Position numbers and translations under genes: made by a program. The notes beneath the pieces were generated by a model. It was not told the DNA's origin. It ran no database searches and saw only the letters and a program-made list of their open reading frames with translations. Of a DNA stretch of 62,827 bases, positions 43,406-53,101 are shown one piece after another. The DNA is taken from the NCBI GenBank assembly GCA_964470825.1, contig CAYYEF010000001.1, positions 10,302 through 73,128 of the forward strand. Direction: 5' to 3'. The stretch is from an uncultured Candidatus Saccharibacteria bacterium. Lineage in GTDB: Bacteria > Patescibacteriota > Minisyncoccia > Phycocordibacterales > JAACPR01. Numbering within the stretch: the stretch's first letter is position 1; each line of letters begins with the position of its first letter.

Positions 43406-45319
43406 ATGCAATTACCTAATGGTCAAAAATCTAGATTAGAAAAATTAGAGCAAAAACTTTATTCTGTTGACGGTATTTCTTCCAAAGAAAGGGCTTCCTT
43501 AAAAGCAAAAAATTACACGGTAAATAATGATTGGGGAGAGCCTGAAATGAAAAATGATTTTTCTTTTCCTAAAAAGAAATTTGGTTTTTTTAGCTTGGTG
43601 TTAATTTTAGCTGCAATATTTTTTGTTGGCTCTTTGTCTTATGCCGGATTTATTTTTCTAAATGGCAATAAGGCAATTTCCGGAAATAATGTTGACATAA
43701 AAGTCGTCGGACCTGTTTCTGTTGGAGGAGGAGAGTCTCTGTCTGTAGATGTTGTTGTTGCTAATAATAATCAAATTCCACTTGAACTTGTAGATCTTTT
43801 TGCTGAATATCCGGAGGGATCTAAAAATCCTGAAAATATTTCTGAAGATTTGAGAAGAGTTAATTTAGATTTGGGAACAATTCCACCCGGATCAGTAATA
43901 AGAAAGACCGTAAAAGTGGCTTTGTTTGGAGAAGAAGGTTCAAATAAAAAAATCGACTTTATTTTGCAATATAGAATTTCTGGATCAAATGCAATTTTTG
44001 AAAAAAAGAAAGAATTTGAAGTTGCTTTAAGTGCAACACCTATTCGTCTGTCTGTTTCTGGTTTAGAAGAGATCTCTTCATCTCAAACTGTTGATTTAAC
44101 TGTTAAATTTAATTCTAATTCTGTTCAACCTCTTAAAAATGTCATGATAGTGGCTGAGTATCCTTTTGGTTTTAAGTATGAAAAATCAGATTTAAAGCCA
44201 AAATACAATAATAATATTTGGTTTTTTGAAGAACTAAAGCCTAATGAGGAAATAGAATTCAAGGTATCAGGTGTAATAGAGGGACAAAATCAAGAAGATA
44301 GAATATTTAGATTTAATACTGGTTTAGCGAAAGAAAATTCTCCTGAAGAGATTGGTGTGTTGTTTGCCACTACCATGCACGAAGTAAAGGTTACAAAATC
44401 TTTTGTCGGTCTTGTCCTAAATATTAACAAAGATCCTGCTACTGTTGTCTCTGTACAGAGCGGTGAATATAACGAAGGAGAAGTTATTTTTACAAATAAT
44501 ACCAACGACTCAATTAAAAACTTAGAAATTAAATTACAACTAAATGGTGCAGTACTTAATGAAGACTCAGTTACCGTAACAAGTGGATTTTATAGCTCTA
44601 TTGATAATACAATAACTTGGAATAAAAATACTGATGATTTGTTTTTAAATATTGCCCCTAGGAAAACCGGAAGAATATCATTTAGATTTAAGACTCTGGA
44701 ATTAGTTAGTGGAAAAACTAGTATTAAAAATCCACAAATAGATATAACAGCAAAAGTATCTGGTACAAGGATTTCAACTTCAAATACTGAAGAAAAAATA
44801 TCATCCGATACATTTAAAAATATAAAAGTTATATCAGACACATCTGTATATGCCTACACTCATTACAATGAAGGACCTTTTATTAATTCTGGCCCGATTC
44901 CTCCCAAGGTAGATACTCCAACTAGTTATACAATTGAATTTGCAGCCTCAAATAATTCTAATGATTTAGATAACGCTCAGATAACAGCCATATTGCCACC
45001 CTATGTTTCTTGGAAAGGGGCATTTAGTCCAAGTGGAGAAAATGTATCTTTCGATTCAATTAATAGAAAAATGGTTTGGAATATTGGACCTATTCCTGCA
45101 GGAACAGGTTATACAAAAAATATTAAACAACTGTATTTTAAAGTAGAGCTTTTGCCAAGTATTTCTCAAACTGGAAACAAGTTAGATTTATTAAATGATA
45201 TTATGTTTAATGCAAATGATACTTTTACAAGGAAAAGTATCTCTACAAAAGTTAATTCACCAAATACTATTATAAAAGGGTATCCTATTGCAGATAACCA
45301 CGGAAATGTGGTTCAATAG
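43406..45319 (+). CDS. membrane-anchored surface protein with repeated Ig-like (CARDB-like) domains
   Basis: 637 aa. Cytoplasmic N-terminus, one TM (FGFFSLVLILAAIFFVGSLSYAGFIFL), then beta-rich repeats. TGGTATAAT (43389-43397) lies 8 nt before ATG 43406. No family recognised. Confidence 0.65.
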   Translation: MQLPNGQKSRLEKLEQKLYSVDGISSKERASLKAKNYTVNNDWGEPEMKNDFSFPKKKFGFFSLVLILAAIFFVGSLSYAGFIFLNGNKAISGNNVDIKVVGPVSVGGGESLSVDVVVANNNQIPLELVDLFAEYPEGSKNPENISEDLRRVNLDLGTIPPGSVIRKTVKVALFGEEGSNKKIDFILQYRISGSNAIFEKKKEFEVALSATPIRLSVSGLEEISSSQTVDLTVKFNSNSVQPLKNVMIVAEYPFGFKYEKSDLKPKYNNNIWFFEELKPNEEIEFKVSGVIEGQNQEDRIFRFNTGLAKENSPEEIGVLFATTMHEVKVTKSFVGLVLNINKDPATVVSVQSGEYNEGEVIFTNNTNDSIKNLEIKLQLNGAVLNEDSVTVTSGFYSSIDNTITWNKNTDDLFLNIAPRKTGRISFRFKTLELVSGKTSIKNPQIDITAKVSGTRISTSNTEEKISSDTFKNIKVISDTSVYAYTHYNEGPFINSGPIPPKVDTPTSYTIEFAASNNSNDLDNAQITAILPPYVSWKGAFSPSGENVSFDSINRKMVWNIGPIPAGTGYTKNIKQLYFKVELLPSISQTGNKLDLLNDIMFNANDTFTRKSISTKVNSPNTIIKGYPIADNHGNVVQ

Positions 45320-45324
45320 TACTT

Positions 45325-46725
45325 ATGAACAATAATCCAGAAAACAATATGGAAAACCTTATTTCTCTATGCAAGAGAAGAGGTTTTATTTACCAAGGCT
45401 CTGAAATTTACGGAGGATTAGCTGGTACTTGGGATTATGGACCGTTGGGTGTAGCTCTAAAGAAAAATATTGAGAATCTTTGGTGGAAAAGATTTGTTTT
45501 AGATAGAGAAGATATGTATGGTATTGATGCGGCTATTTTAATGAATCAAGAAGTTTGGAAATCCTCTGGTCATGTTGCAGGATTTGCTGATCCATTAGTT
45601 GAGGACACTAAAACAAAAAAACGCTATCGTGCCGATCATCTCCTGGAAGCAAATAATATAAGTCCAATTGGAATGAAGATTGATGATATGGATAAAGCCA
45701 TCAAAGAAAATGGAATAAAAAGTCCTGAAGGTAATCCTCTTGGTGATGTTCGCCAATTTAATATGATGTTTAAAACTAATGTTGGTGCTACTGAAGATGA
45801 ATCTTCTATTTCATATCTTCGACCTGAAACTGCTCAGGGTATGTTCGTAAATTTTAAAAATGTTCTTGATTCTTTTCATCCGAAAATTCCTTTTGGTATG
45901 GCTCAAATAGGTAAAGCTTTTAGAAATGAAATAGCTCCTCGAGACTTTATTTTTAGAGTAAGAGAACTTGAACAAATGGAAATTGAATATTTTGTTAAGC
46001 CTTCAGAATGGGAAAAAACCTTCGATTATTTTTTTGAAGAGCAAATGGCTTTTCTAAGAGATCTTGGATTAACAGAATCAAAAATTCATAAAATAGAAGT
46101 CGCAGCCGCTGATAGAGCACATTATTCAAAGAGAAGTATCGATACTGAATTTGATTTTCCTTTTGGCCAAAAAGAGCTTCTTGGTTTGGCATACCGAACA
46201 GACTACGATCTATCTGCTCACATAAAAGGAAGTAAGGTAGAACTTTCATATTTTGATGAAGAAAACAAAGAAAGATATGTTCCTCATTGCATTGAACCAA
46301 CTTTTGGTTTAGGTAGACTTTTGCTTGCTGTAATTTCTGATGGATATACAGAAGACGAGCTTGGTGGTGAAAAGAGAATTTATTTAAAACTTTCTCCAAA
46401 AATTGCTCCATATTTAGTTTCAGTTTTTCCACTTCTTAAAAATAAGCCAGATCTAGTTAATAAGGCCAGAGAAGTTTTCTCAATTTTGCGTAAAGAATCA
46501 GAATTTAGCGGAAGAGTTTCTTTTGATGATAATGGAAATATTGGAAAAAGATATAGAAGACAAGATGAAATAGGAACACCATTCTGTGTGACAATTGACT
46601 TTGATACTTTAGGAGAAAATCCAGAATTAAAAGATACAGTAACTGTAAGGGATCGTGACACAGGAGAACAAAAAAGAATCTCTATTAATGATCTTGCTGC
46701 TTATTTAAAAAATACTAGTTTTTAA
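45325..46725 (+). CDS. glyQS: glycyl-tRNA synthetase (dimeric class II type)
   Basis: RRGFIYQGSEIYGGLAGTWDYGPLG, FRNEIAPR and GLGRLLLA motifs. 466 aa. Confidence 0.95.
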   Translation: MNNNPENNMENLISLCKRRGFIYQGSEIYGGLAGTWDYGPLGVALKKNIENLWWKRFVLDREDMYGIDAAILMNQEVWKSSGHVAGFADPLVEDTKTKKRYRADHLLEANNISPIGMKIDDMDKAIKENGIKSPEGNPLGDVRQFNMMFKTNVGATEDESSISYLRPETAQGMFVNFKNVLDSFHPKIPFGMAQIGKAFRNEIAPRDFIFRVRELEQMEIEYFVKPSEWEKTFDYFFEEQMAFLRDLGLTESKIHKIEVAAADRAHYSKRSIDTEFDFPFGQKELLGLAYRTDYDLSAHIKGSKVELSYFDEENKERYVPHCIEPTFGLGRLLLAVISDGYTEDELGGEKRIYLKLSPKIAPYLVSVFPLLKNKPDLVNKAREVFSILRKESEFSGRVSFDDNGNIGKRYRRQDEIGTPFCVTIDFDTLGENPELKDTVTVRDRDTGEQKRISINDLAAYLKNTSF

Positions 46726-46799
46726 ATTTTTAAATTAATATTTTAAATATTGGTTTGACTTTAAATAATTACAGTGTTTATATATTTGAGGAGGTAAAA

Positions 46800-47231
46800 A
46801 TGTTAAATAAAATACTCTTTCTGTTTGAAGTTGATTTTAATCTATATCCTGATCAGAAAATTTCTGCAGAAGCAAAAAAAATCTTTGAAAGAAATATAGC
46901 CAAATACTATTGGTCTGTAAGTCAGGAAGGGAAAATTATTAACGCTAGGTTTGAAAATTTTCCAAGAAAAGATATGGTTGTTAATACGGAAGATGAGAGA
47001 ACTGTTGAAAGTCTTAATTTGCTCCCAAAGCTTTTCTCAAGAACTCTTTCTGGATCTCAAAAGAAGAATTGGAGAATTCAAGTTTATTACAGTAAACATG
47101 ATGAGACAGATCATATAATTATTATAAACGAAGAACTTCATTTGCAGGATTATTATATTTCTTGGCAAAAGGAACATAATAATTTTAATGCACTTATGAA
47201 AGAAGTTAGTAAGATACAAGATCTAATTTAA
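46800..47231 (+). CDS. hypothetical protein (orphan)
   Basis: 143 aa from ATG 46800, with a strong SD GAGGAGG (46788-46794), promoter TTGACT-17-TTATAT upstream and its own terminator. No family recognised. Confidence 0.6.
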   Translation: MLNKILFLFEVDFNLYPDQKISAEAKKIFERNIAKYYWSVSQEGKIINARFENFPRKDMVVNTEDERTVESLNLLPKLFSRTLSGSQKKNWRIQVYYSKHDETDHIIIINEELHLQDYYISWQKEHNNFNALMKEVSKIQDLI

Positions 47232-47257
47232 TTACCTGTGGAAGCAGGTAATTTTTA
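47231..47257 (+). terminator. rho-independent terminator
   Basis: Stem TTACCTG/CAGGTAA with loop TGGAAG, then TTTTT. Confidence 0.7.
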
Positions 47258-47313
47258 TTTATTGCAAAAAAGGTAGTCTAGTATAAAATACCTTTAACTA
47301 ATAAAACAAAAAT

Positions 47314-48579
47314 ATGAAATATACAAAAAAGACATTGAAAAATGGTTTACGAATTATGACCATACCGATGAAAGATTCTGAGACCGCTATTGCTATGGTT
47401 TTGGTAGAGGCAGGTTCTGATTATGAAACAAAAAATAATAATGGCTTATCTCATTTTTTGGAACATATGTGTTTTAAAGGGACTGAAGAGCGCACAGGGG
47501 ATGATATTAAATATGAACTAGACAGTTTGGGTTCTGACTCGAATGCTTTTACAGGAAATGAATATACTGGATATTATGCTAAAGCTAGTTATACAAAAAT
47601 AGATAAAATTTTAGATTTGGTTTCCGATATTTATCTTAATCCAACTTTTCCAGAAAAAGATATAGATATTGAAAAGGGTGTGATTATTGAAGAAATAAAT
47701 ATGTATGAAGATTTACCTCAAAGAAAAGTTTGGGATATTTGGATGAAACTTCTGTACGGAAATCAACCCGCTGGTCAAACAATAATTGGACCAAAAGAAA
47801 ATATTCAAAAAATAAAACAAATTGATTTTAAAAAATATCATACTGAACACTATGTTCCTGCAAAAACAGTTATCGTAGTGGCTGGAAAAATAAATGAAGA
47901 AAAAATAATTAAGGCTATAGGAGATAAATTTGGTTCACTTACAAAAGGAAAAATTTCTAAAAAACAACCTACAGTTGAATCTCAGAAAAATCCACAAATA
48001 AATATTTTTGAAAAAAAGACTGATCAAACTCACTTAATAATTGGTTTTAGAGCTTTTGATTTGTATGATAAGAGAAATAAAGTTCTTAATCTGGCATCTG
48101 TAATTTTAGGTAAAGGTTTTAGCTCACGTCTATTTACAAAAATGCGTGATGAACTTGGTATGTGCTACTACACTAGAGCAGACGTGGACAGTTTCACTGA
48201 TCATGGATACTTTTCAGTTTCTGCCGGTGTAAGCAATAATCGTTTTGAAGAAGCTATCGCAGTTATTATGGAAGAGTTTAAAAAAATCAGAGACCTTGAT
48301 ATTTCTGAAAAAGAATTACAAAAAGCAAAAGACTTCGCTATTGGTAAATTGGCTACTGGGCTAGAAACCTCAGATTCTTGGGCGATGTATTACGGATTTC
48401 AAGAACTACTCCATGAAAAAATAGAAACCCCTGCAGAAATAGTAGAAAAAATTAACAAAATAACTGTAAAAGATATTAAAAAAGTTATAAAAGAAGTATT
48501 TGATATTTCTAAATTAAATCTAGCTGTTGTTGGTCCTCAAAAAAATACCTCAACCTTAAAAAAGTTATTAAAAATATAA
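47314..48579 (+). CDS. M16-family (insulinase-like) zinc peptidase
   Basis: HFLEHMCFKGT (HxxEH inverted zincin motif). 421 aa with a two-domain layout. Confidence 0.85.
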   Translation: MKYTKKTLKNGLRIMTIPMKDSETAIAMVLVEAGSDYETKNNNGLSHFLEHMCFKGTEERTGDDIKYELDSLGSDSNAFTGNEYTGYYAKASYTKIDKILDLVSDIYLNPTFPEKDIDIEKGVIIEEINMYEDLPQRKVWDIWMKLLYGNQPAGQTIIGPKENIQKIKQIDFKKYHTEHYVPAKTVIVVAGKINEEKIIKAIGDKFGSLTKGKISKKQPTVESQKNPQINIFEKKTDQTHLIIGFRAFDLYDKRNKVLNLASVILGKGFSSRLFTKMRDELGMCYYTRADVDSFTDHGYFSVSAGVSNNRFEEAIAVIMEEFKKIRDLDISEKELQKAKDFAIGKLATGLETSDSWAMYYGFQELLHEKIETPAEIVEKINKITVKDIKKVIKEVFDISKLNLAVVGPQKNTSTLKKLLKI

Positions 48580-48650
48580 AATAAGCTAAGAAGTAGGGTA
48601 TAAATATTAAAATTGAGATAATTTTGCTTTGGTGCTATATTAAATAATAT

Positions 48651-49724
48651 ATGAGTAAGGAAAATCAACCAATCTTAATTAGCATTACTCCAGGAGCTAT
48701 TCTGAGAATAATAGCCATAATTCTAATATTTTATTTTCTATTTATAGTTAGGGATTTAGTTTTAGTTCTATTGACCTCAGTAGTTATTGCCTCTGCTGTA
48801 GAGCCATTTGCAGCTTGGTTCGTATCTAAAAAAATTCCTCGTGTTATTTCAGTTTTAATTATATATATAACAACTCTATTACTATGTGGAATAATTTTCT
48901 ATATCTTCGTACCTACTTTGATAGGTGATATAAGAGGTTTAATTAATAATTTACCTGATTATGTAAACACCTTATCTGACAAAGCTGGTCTAATTAATAA
49001 TATTCCAGAAGTTAATAAGTTTCTTAATGATCTTTCTTTTGGAATTGAAAATGAAAGTTTGTTAAATCAGTTTGGTGGAGCAGTTTACGGTGCAACCTTC
49101 GGTTTCTTCAATATTGCCTCAAGTATTTTTGGAGGTATTCTAAGTTTTATTTTAATCATTGTCCTATCGTTTTACCTAGCTGTACAAGAAGACGGTGTGG
49201 CTAATTTTTTAAAAGTTGTTATTCCTATTCAATACGAAGACTATATTTTAGATCTATGGAAAAGAGCTAGAAGAAAAATAGGGCTATGGATGCAGGGTCA
49301 GTTATTGCTTGGATTTTTGGTTGGGGTACTTACTTTTTTAGGTCTAAGTATTTTAGGAATCGAAAACGCTTTGTTGCTTGCATTAGTTGCAGCAATATTT
49401 GAACTTATCCCTATTTTCGGACCTATTCTATCTGCGGTGCCAGCCGTAGCATTTGGTTTTGCTCAAGGCGGTCCTACTCTAGGCTTATTAGTTGTTGGCT
49501 TATATGTAATTATTCAACAATTTGAAAGTCAGCTAATCCATCCTCTGGTAGTAAAGAAGATTGTCGGTATTCCGGCTCTTATTGCTATTCTGGCCTTAAT
49601 GGTTGGTGCTCAAATAGCAGGATTCCTTGGAATTATTTTATCTGTTCCTGTCACTGCAGCTCTTATGGAATATTTTTCTGATTTAGAAAAGAAAAAAGTT
49701 CGCGAGATGAAAGTAGGTAATTAA
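48651..49724 (+). CDS. AI-2E family (PerM/UPF0118) transporter
   Basis: 357 aa, polytopic, with the characteristic C-terminal cluster of Gly/Pro-rich TM helices (ELIPIFGPILSAVPA). Confidence 0.8.
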   Translation: MSKENQPILISITPGAILRIIAIILIFYFLFIVRDLVLVLLTSVVIASAVEPFAAWFVSKKIPRVISVLIIYITTLLLCGIIFYIFVPTLIGDIRGLINNLPDYVNTLSDKAGLINNIPEVNKFLNDLSFGIENESLLNQFGGAVYGATFGFFNIASSIFGGILSFILIIVLSFYLAVQEDGVANFLKVVIPIQYEDYILDLWKRARRKIGLWMQGQLLLGFLVGVLTFLGLSILGIENALLLALVAAIFELIPIFGPILSAVPAVAFGFAQGGPTLGLLVVGLYVIIQQFESQLIHPLVVKKIVGIPALIAILALMVGAQIAGFLGIILSVPVTAALMEYFSDLEKKKVREMKVGN

Positions 49725-49736
49725 ACTCAATAAAAC

Positions 49737-51188
49737 ATGAAGAAAAATTTTTATATCACTACAACTTTACCGTACGTTAATGCGCCTCTTCATTTGGGAC
49801 ATGCAACTGAAATAATCAGAGCAGATGCTATTGCTCGTTATCAAAAATTACAAGGTAAAGAAGTTTTTTTTAATACCGGTACTGATGAGCATGGTCAGAA
49901 AATTTTTGAAGCTGCTCAAAAATCAGGTCAAACACCTAAAGAATATACTGATTTCTACGCAGATCTTTTTAAAGAAACTCTAAAGAAATTTGGAATAAGT
50001 TCAGATGCTAAGTATGTTCGTACCACAGATGATCATCATGTTGTCGGCGCTCAAGCTTTTTGGAAAAAATGTGCTGACAATGGTTTTATTTATAAAAAGA
50101 ATTATAAGACAAAATATTGTGTTGGTTGCGAAGAAGAAAAAACAGATAGTGAATTAGTTGATGGAAAATGTCCAATTCATCCAAATAGAGAACTTGAAAT
50201 TATTGAAGAAGAGAATTACTTTTTTAAATTTAGTGAATTTGGTGATCGTCTTTTAAAATATTATGAAAAAAATCCGAATTTTATAATTCCACAGTATCGC
50301 ATGAATGAAATGACTGAATTTATAAAAAGAGGTCTTCAAGATTTCAGTATTTCTAGATTAAAATCAAAAATGTCCTGGGGTATTCCTGTACCAGGGGATG
50401 AAGAACATGTTATGTACGTTTGGTTTGATGCTTTAACAAACTATATTTCTACACTTGGTTGGCCAAATAATAATGATGTTTTTGAAAAATTTTGGTCTGG
50501 TTCTGATTGCACAACAATTCAATATTGCGGAAAAGATAATACTCGTTTCCAGGGTGTAATGTGGCAAGCAATGCTTATGGCTGCTGATATTAAGAATACG
50601 GATAAAATAGTTGTTGACGGTTTTATTTTAGGTGAGGGTGGAATAAAGATGTCCAAGTCTTTGGGTAATACTATTGATCCTCTGGAAATAATTGAAGAAT
50701 ATGGAACTGAAGCTTTGCGCTATTTTGTTTTAAGAGAGTTTCATTCTTTTGAAGATACACCAGTTTCTAAAAACTCATTAAAAGAAAGCTTTAATGCCAA
50801 TCTGGCAAATGGTTTAGGAAATGTTGTTTCCCGTGTTATGAAGATGGCAGAAGGTTTAATTGAGCCTATCTCAGAATCAGAAAAATTAGAAATTAGACTT
50901 ATGGCAAGTGAATATGTTTTAGCTATAGATAATTTTGATTTACAAAAGGCTATGAATATAATTTGGTTTCATATTTCTGAAATAGATAAAACTATTACAG
51001 AAAAAGAACCTTTTAAGTTAGTAAAGACAGACAAAGAGGCTGCCTCAAAAATTATCAAAGACCAAGTTTTGAAAATAGACTTAATTGCAAAATTACTTGA
51101 ACCTTTTATGCCAGAAACTTCTAAAAAAATTGCAATGGCTATTAAAGAAAATAAAAAACCAGAAAATCTTTTTTCAAGAAAAGACTAA
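49737..51188 (+). CDS. metG: methionyl-tRNA synthetase (short form without the C-terminal tRNA-binding domain)
   Basis: PYVNAPLHLGHA (HIGH), zinc knuckle CVGCEE...CPIH, KMSKSLGN. 483 aa. Confidence 0.95.
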   Translation: MKKNFYITTTLPYVNAPLHLGHATEIIRADAIARYQKLQGKEVFFNTGTDEHGQKIFEAAQKSGQTPKEYTDFYADLFKETLKKFGISSDAKYVRTTDDHHVVGAQAFWKKCADNGFIYKKNYKTKYCVGCEEEKTDSELVDGKCPIHPNRELEIIEEENYFFKFSEFGDRLLKYYEKNPNFIIPQYRMNEMTEFIKRGLQDFSISRLKSKMSWGIPVPGDEEHVMYVWFDALTNYISTLGWPNNNDVFEKFWSGSDCTTIQYCGKDNTRFQGVMWQAMLMAADIKNTDKIVVDGFILGEGGIKMSKSLGNTIDPLEIIEEYGTEALRYFVLREFHSFEDTPVSKNSLKESFNANLANGLGNVVSRVMKMAEGLIEPISESEKLEIRLMASEYVLAIDNFDLQKAMNIIWFHISEIDKTITEKEPFKLVKTDKEAASKIIKDQVLKIDLIAKLLEPFMPETSKKIAMAIKENKKPENLFSRKD

Positions 51189-51221
51189 TTATTTAATTGA
51201 TTTTTTATTAAGATAAAATAT

Positions 51222-52067
51222 ATGAATAAATTTTTAGATATACATTCTCATTTAGATTATCCGGAATATCAGTCTGATTTCGAGTCTATTATTTATAAAA
51301 TGAGAGAATTAGATATTGGAACGATCACTATCGGCACTGATTTTGCTTCTGCAGAAAGAGCAGTTGATCTTGCTAATAAATACGAAAATATTTGGGCATG
51401 TATTGGTATTCATCCAGCAGATAATCATAAAGAAAAATGGAATGAAGAGGGTTTTGAGAAGCTTGTTCAAAATAATAAAGTAGTAGCCATTGGGGAGTGC
51501 GGTCTCGATTTTTTTAGATTGCCAGTCAATCAAAATACTATTGAACCAGATGCTCAAGAAATTATTTTTGAAAAAGAAAGACAACAAGAATTATTTGAAA
51601 AACAAATTGAATTTGCAATTAAGTATGATAAACCATTAATGATTCATTGTCGTGATGCTTATAAAGAAGTTTATGATACGTTAGTCAGGTATAAGGTAGG
51701 GGATTTAAGTCAAAAATCTTTTAATGGTAATAAAGGATCTAATTTAAAAATCCACTTACATTTTTTTGCTGGCGATATAGAGGTTGCAAAAAAATTTTTA
51801 GAATTAGACGCTACTTTTTCTTTTACAGGAGTGATTACTTTTACTAATCAATATGATGAAGTAATAAAATTTTTACCTTTGGAAAAAATTATGTCTGAAA
51901 CAGATTCGCCCTTTGTAGCCCCGGTACCTTATAGGGGAAGGAGAAATGAACCAAGTTATGTTATAGAAGTAATTAAAAAATTGGCTGAATTGAAAAAGAT
52001 ATCTTTTGAACAGATGAATGAATGTTTAATTAAAAATACTCTCAGAGTTTTTACTCTAAAACAGTAG
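51222..52067 (+). CDS. tatD: TatD-family metal-dependent hydrolase/DNase
   Basis: DIHSHLD, GECGLDF, MIHCRDA, HFFAG and ETDSPF motifs. Confidence 0.9.
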   Translation: MNKFLDIHSHLDYPEYQSDFESIIYKMRELDIGTITIGTDFASAERAVDLANKYENIWACIGIHPADNHKEKWNEEGFEKLVQNNKVVAIGECGLDFFRLPVNQNTIEPDAQEIIFEKERQQELFEKQIEFAIKYDKPLMIHCRDAYKEVYDTLVRYKVGDLSQKSFNGNKGSNLKIHLHFFAGDIEVAKKFLELDATFSFTGVITFTNQYDEVIKFLPLEKIMSETDSPFVAPVPYRGRRNEPSYVIEVIKKLAELKKISFEQMNECLIKNTLRVFTLKQ

Positions 52068-52081
52068 ATCCATAGTAAAAT

Positions 52082-52109
52082 TATTGACATATTTTAAATA
52101 TATGTTATT
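52082..52109 (+). promoter_or_regulatory. near-consensus sigma70 promoter (TTGACA, 16-nt spacer, TGtTATTAT)
   Basis: TTGACA at 52082-52087 and TATTAT at 52104-52109, preceded by TGT. No ORF follows. Confidence 0.6.
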
Positions 52110-52115
52110 ATCAAT

Positions 52116-52492
52116 CTGGGATAGGTACTTCAAATATCAAAATGCAATTGTGACGAAAACCCGCTTAGACGGACATACTGGAATATGGTTGGAATCTTTA
52201 AGGATAAGGTGAAAAACCAAAAGTGCTAGGTCAACTTGGATCCCTAGTGCTTCTTTAAATGAAACTGATAGAGGTAGTGTATGAACTCCTTTTCATAGGA
52301 GTCTTGGGTATAAAAGCCCGTCGGATTAAATAGCCGAAATATACGAAAAATATTTCAAAGTCTGGTATTTTGATACTTTTTGAAAGTTCTAGTCAGCAAG
52401 GGAAGCTGGCAAAATGTATAGTAAAGCCCGGCCAAAGAAAAGAAAGAGTTGTAACAATCACTCAATCTTAAATTTCTTGGCCGGGTATTTTT
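52116..52492 (+). ncRNA. candidate structured ncRNA of unknown class (about 380 nt)
   Basis: No ORF longer than 37 codons. Bounded by the promoter above and a terminator: 10-bp stem GCCCGGCCAA/TTGGCCGGGT (52424-52484) plus T8. Internal hairpins: 52221-52248, 52283-52300 (ACTCCT/AGGAGT), 52351-52383 and 52390-52408. The 5' end is estimated from the -10 box. Confidence 0.5.
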
Positions 52493-52532
52493 TTAATTGC
52501 CATTTAAAGCCTTTTATGATAATCTAACACGC

Positions 52533-53036
52533 ATGTCTAAAGAAAAGACAATGAACGAATCAAGCAAGCTTTACGAGCTTGGCTTCCATATTGTAGGCAC
52601 AATTGATTCAAACAAGGTTGCCAGCGTCATTGATGAAATTAAAAGCTTAATTACAACTCATCATGGCGACATTGTTCGAGAGGGTGAAGTGCGTGAAATT
52701 ACCCTTGCTTACACTATGGTAAAACACGTTGCAGGCGTGAATAAAAAATATAATCAATCATTTTTTGATTGGATTAAATTTAATATGAACCCTGAGGACG
52801 TGGTCAATCTGAAAACTGCTCTAGATTCAAATGAAAATATTATAAGATTTATTCTTGTTAAGACTGTTAATGATGATGAGCACAGTACATCAAAATTGGT
52901 AGAATTAGAAGAATCAGAAGAAGATGAAGTTTCAGTTAGTGAAACTGCACCAGAAAAAATAGAAGAATCAGAAGAAGTTTCTGTAAAAGCTAAAGACCAA
53001 GAAATCGATGAGGCTATCGATGAAATGGTTAAATAA
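52533..53036 (+). CDS. rpsF: 30S ribosomal protein S6 with an acidic C-terminal tail
   Basis: YELGFHIV...REGEVREITLAYTM...FDWIKF pattern, first gene of the rpsF-ssb-rpsR order. Start uncertain (ATG 52533 or 52551). The TTG at 52497 overlaps a TTGCCA box. Confidence 0.8.
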   Translation: MSKEKTMNESSKLYELGFHIVGTIDSNKVASVIDEIKSLITTHHGDIVREGEVREITLAYTMVKHVAGVNKKYNQSFFDWIKFNMNPEDVVNLKTALDSNENIIRFILVKTVNDDEHSTSKLVELEESEEDEVSVSETAPEKIEESEEVSVKAKDQEIDEAIDEMVK

Positions 53037-53101
53037 GCTAAACTAAATTTTTTCTAAAAATCTAGTTTGACTTCAAAGGACACATCTGCCAACATAATAG
53101 T

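Noticed and set aside
52116-52492. RNase P RNA. GACGAAAACCCGCTTAGACGG resembles the P4 3'-strand / CR-V consensus ACAGAACCCGGCTTA. AAGGTGAAAAACC resembles the GGGTGAAA element. AAAAGCCCG and CAAAGTCTGG resemble GGAAAGTCCGGG.
   Set aside because: The look-alike elements occur in the wrong order: the CR-V-like one comes first and the CR-I-like ones last. The candidate P4 strands are not complementary (AAGCCCG versus CCCGCTT). No GAGGAAAG is present. A circular permutation would not restore the canonical order either. The region also lacks tmRNA hallmarks (no tRNA-like T arm or CCA end) and the SRP GGAAGCAGCC motif. A covariance-model search is still needed.
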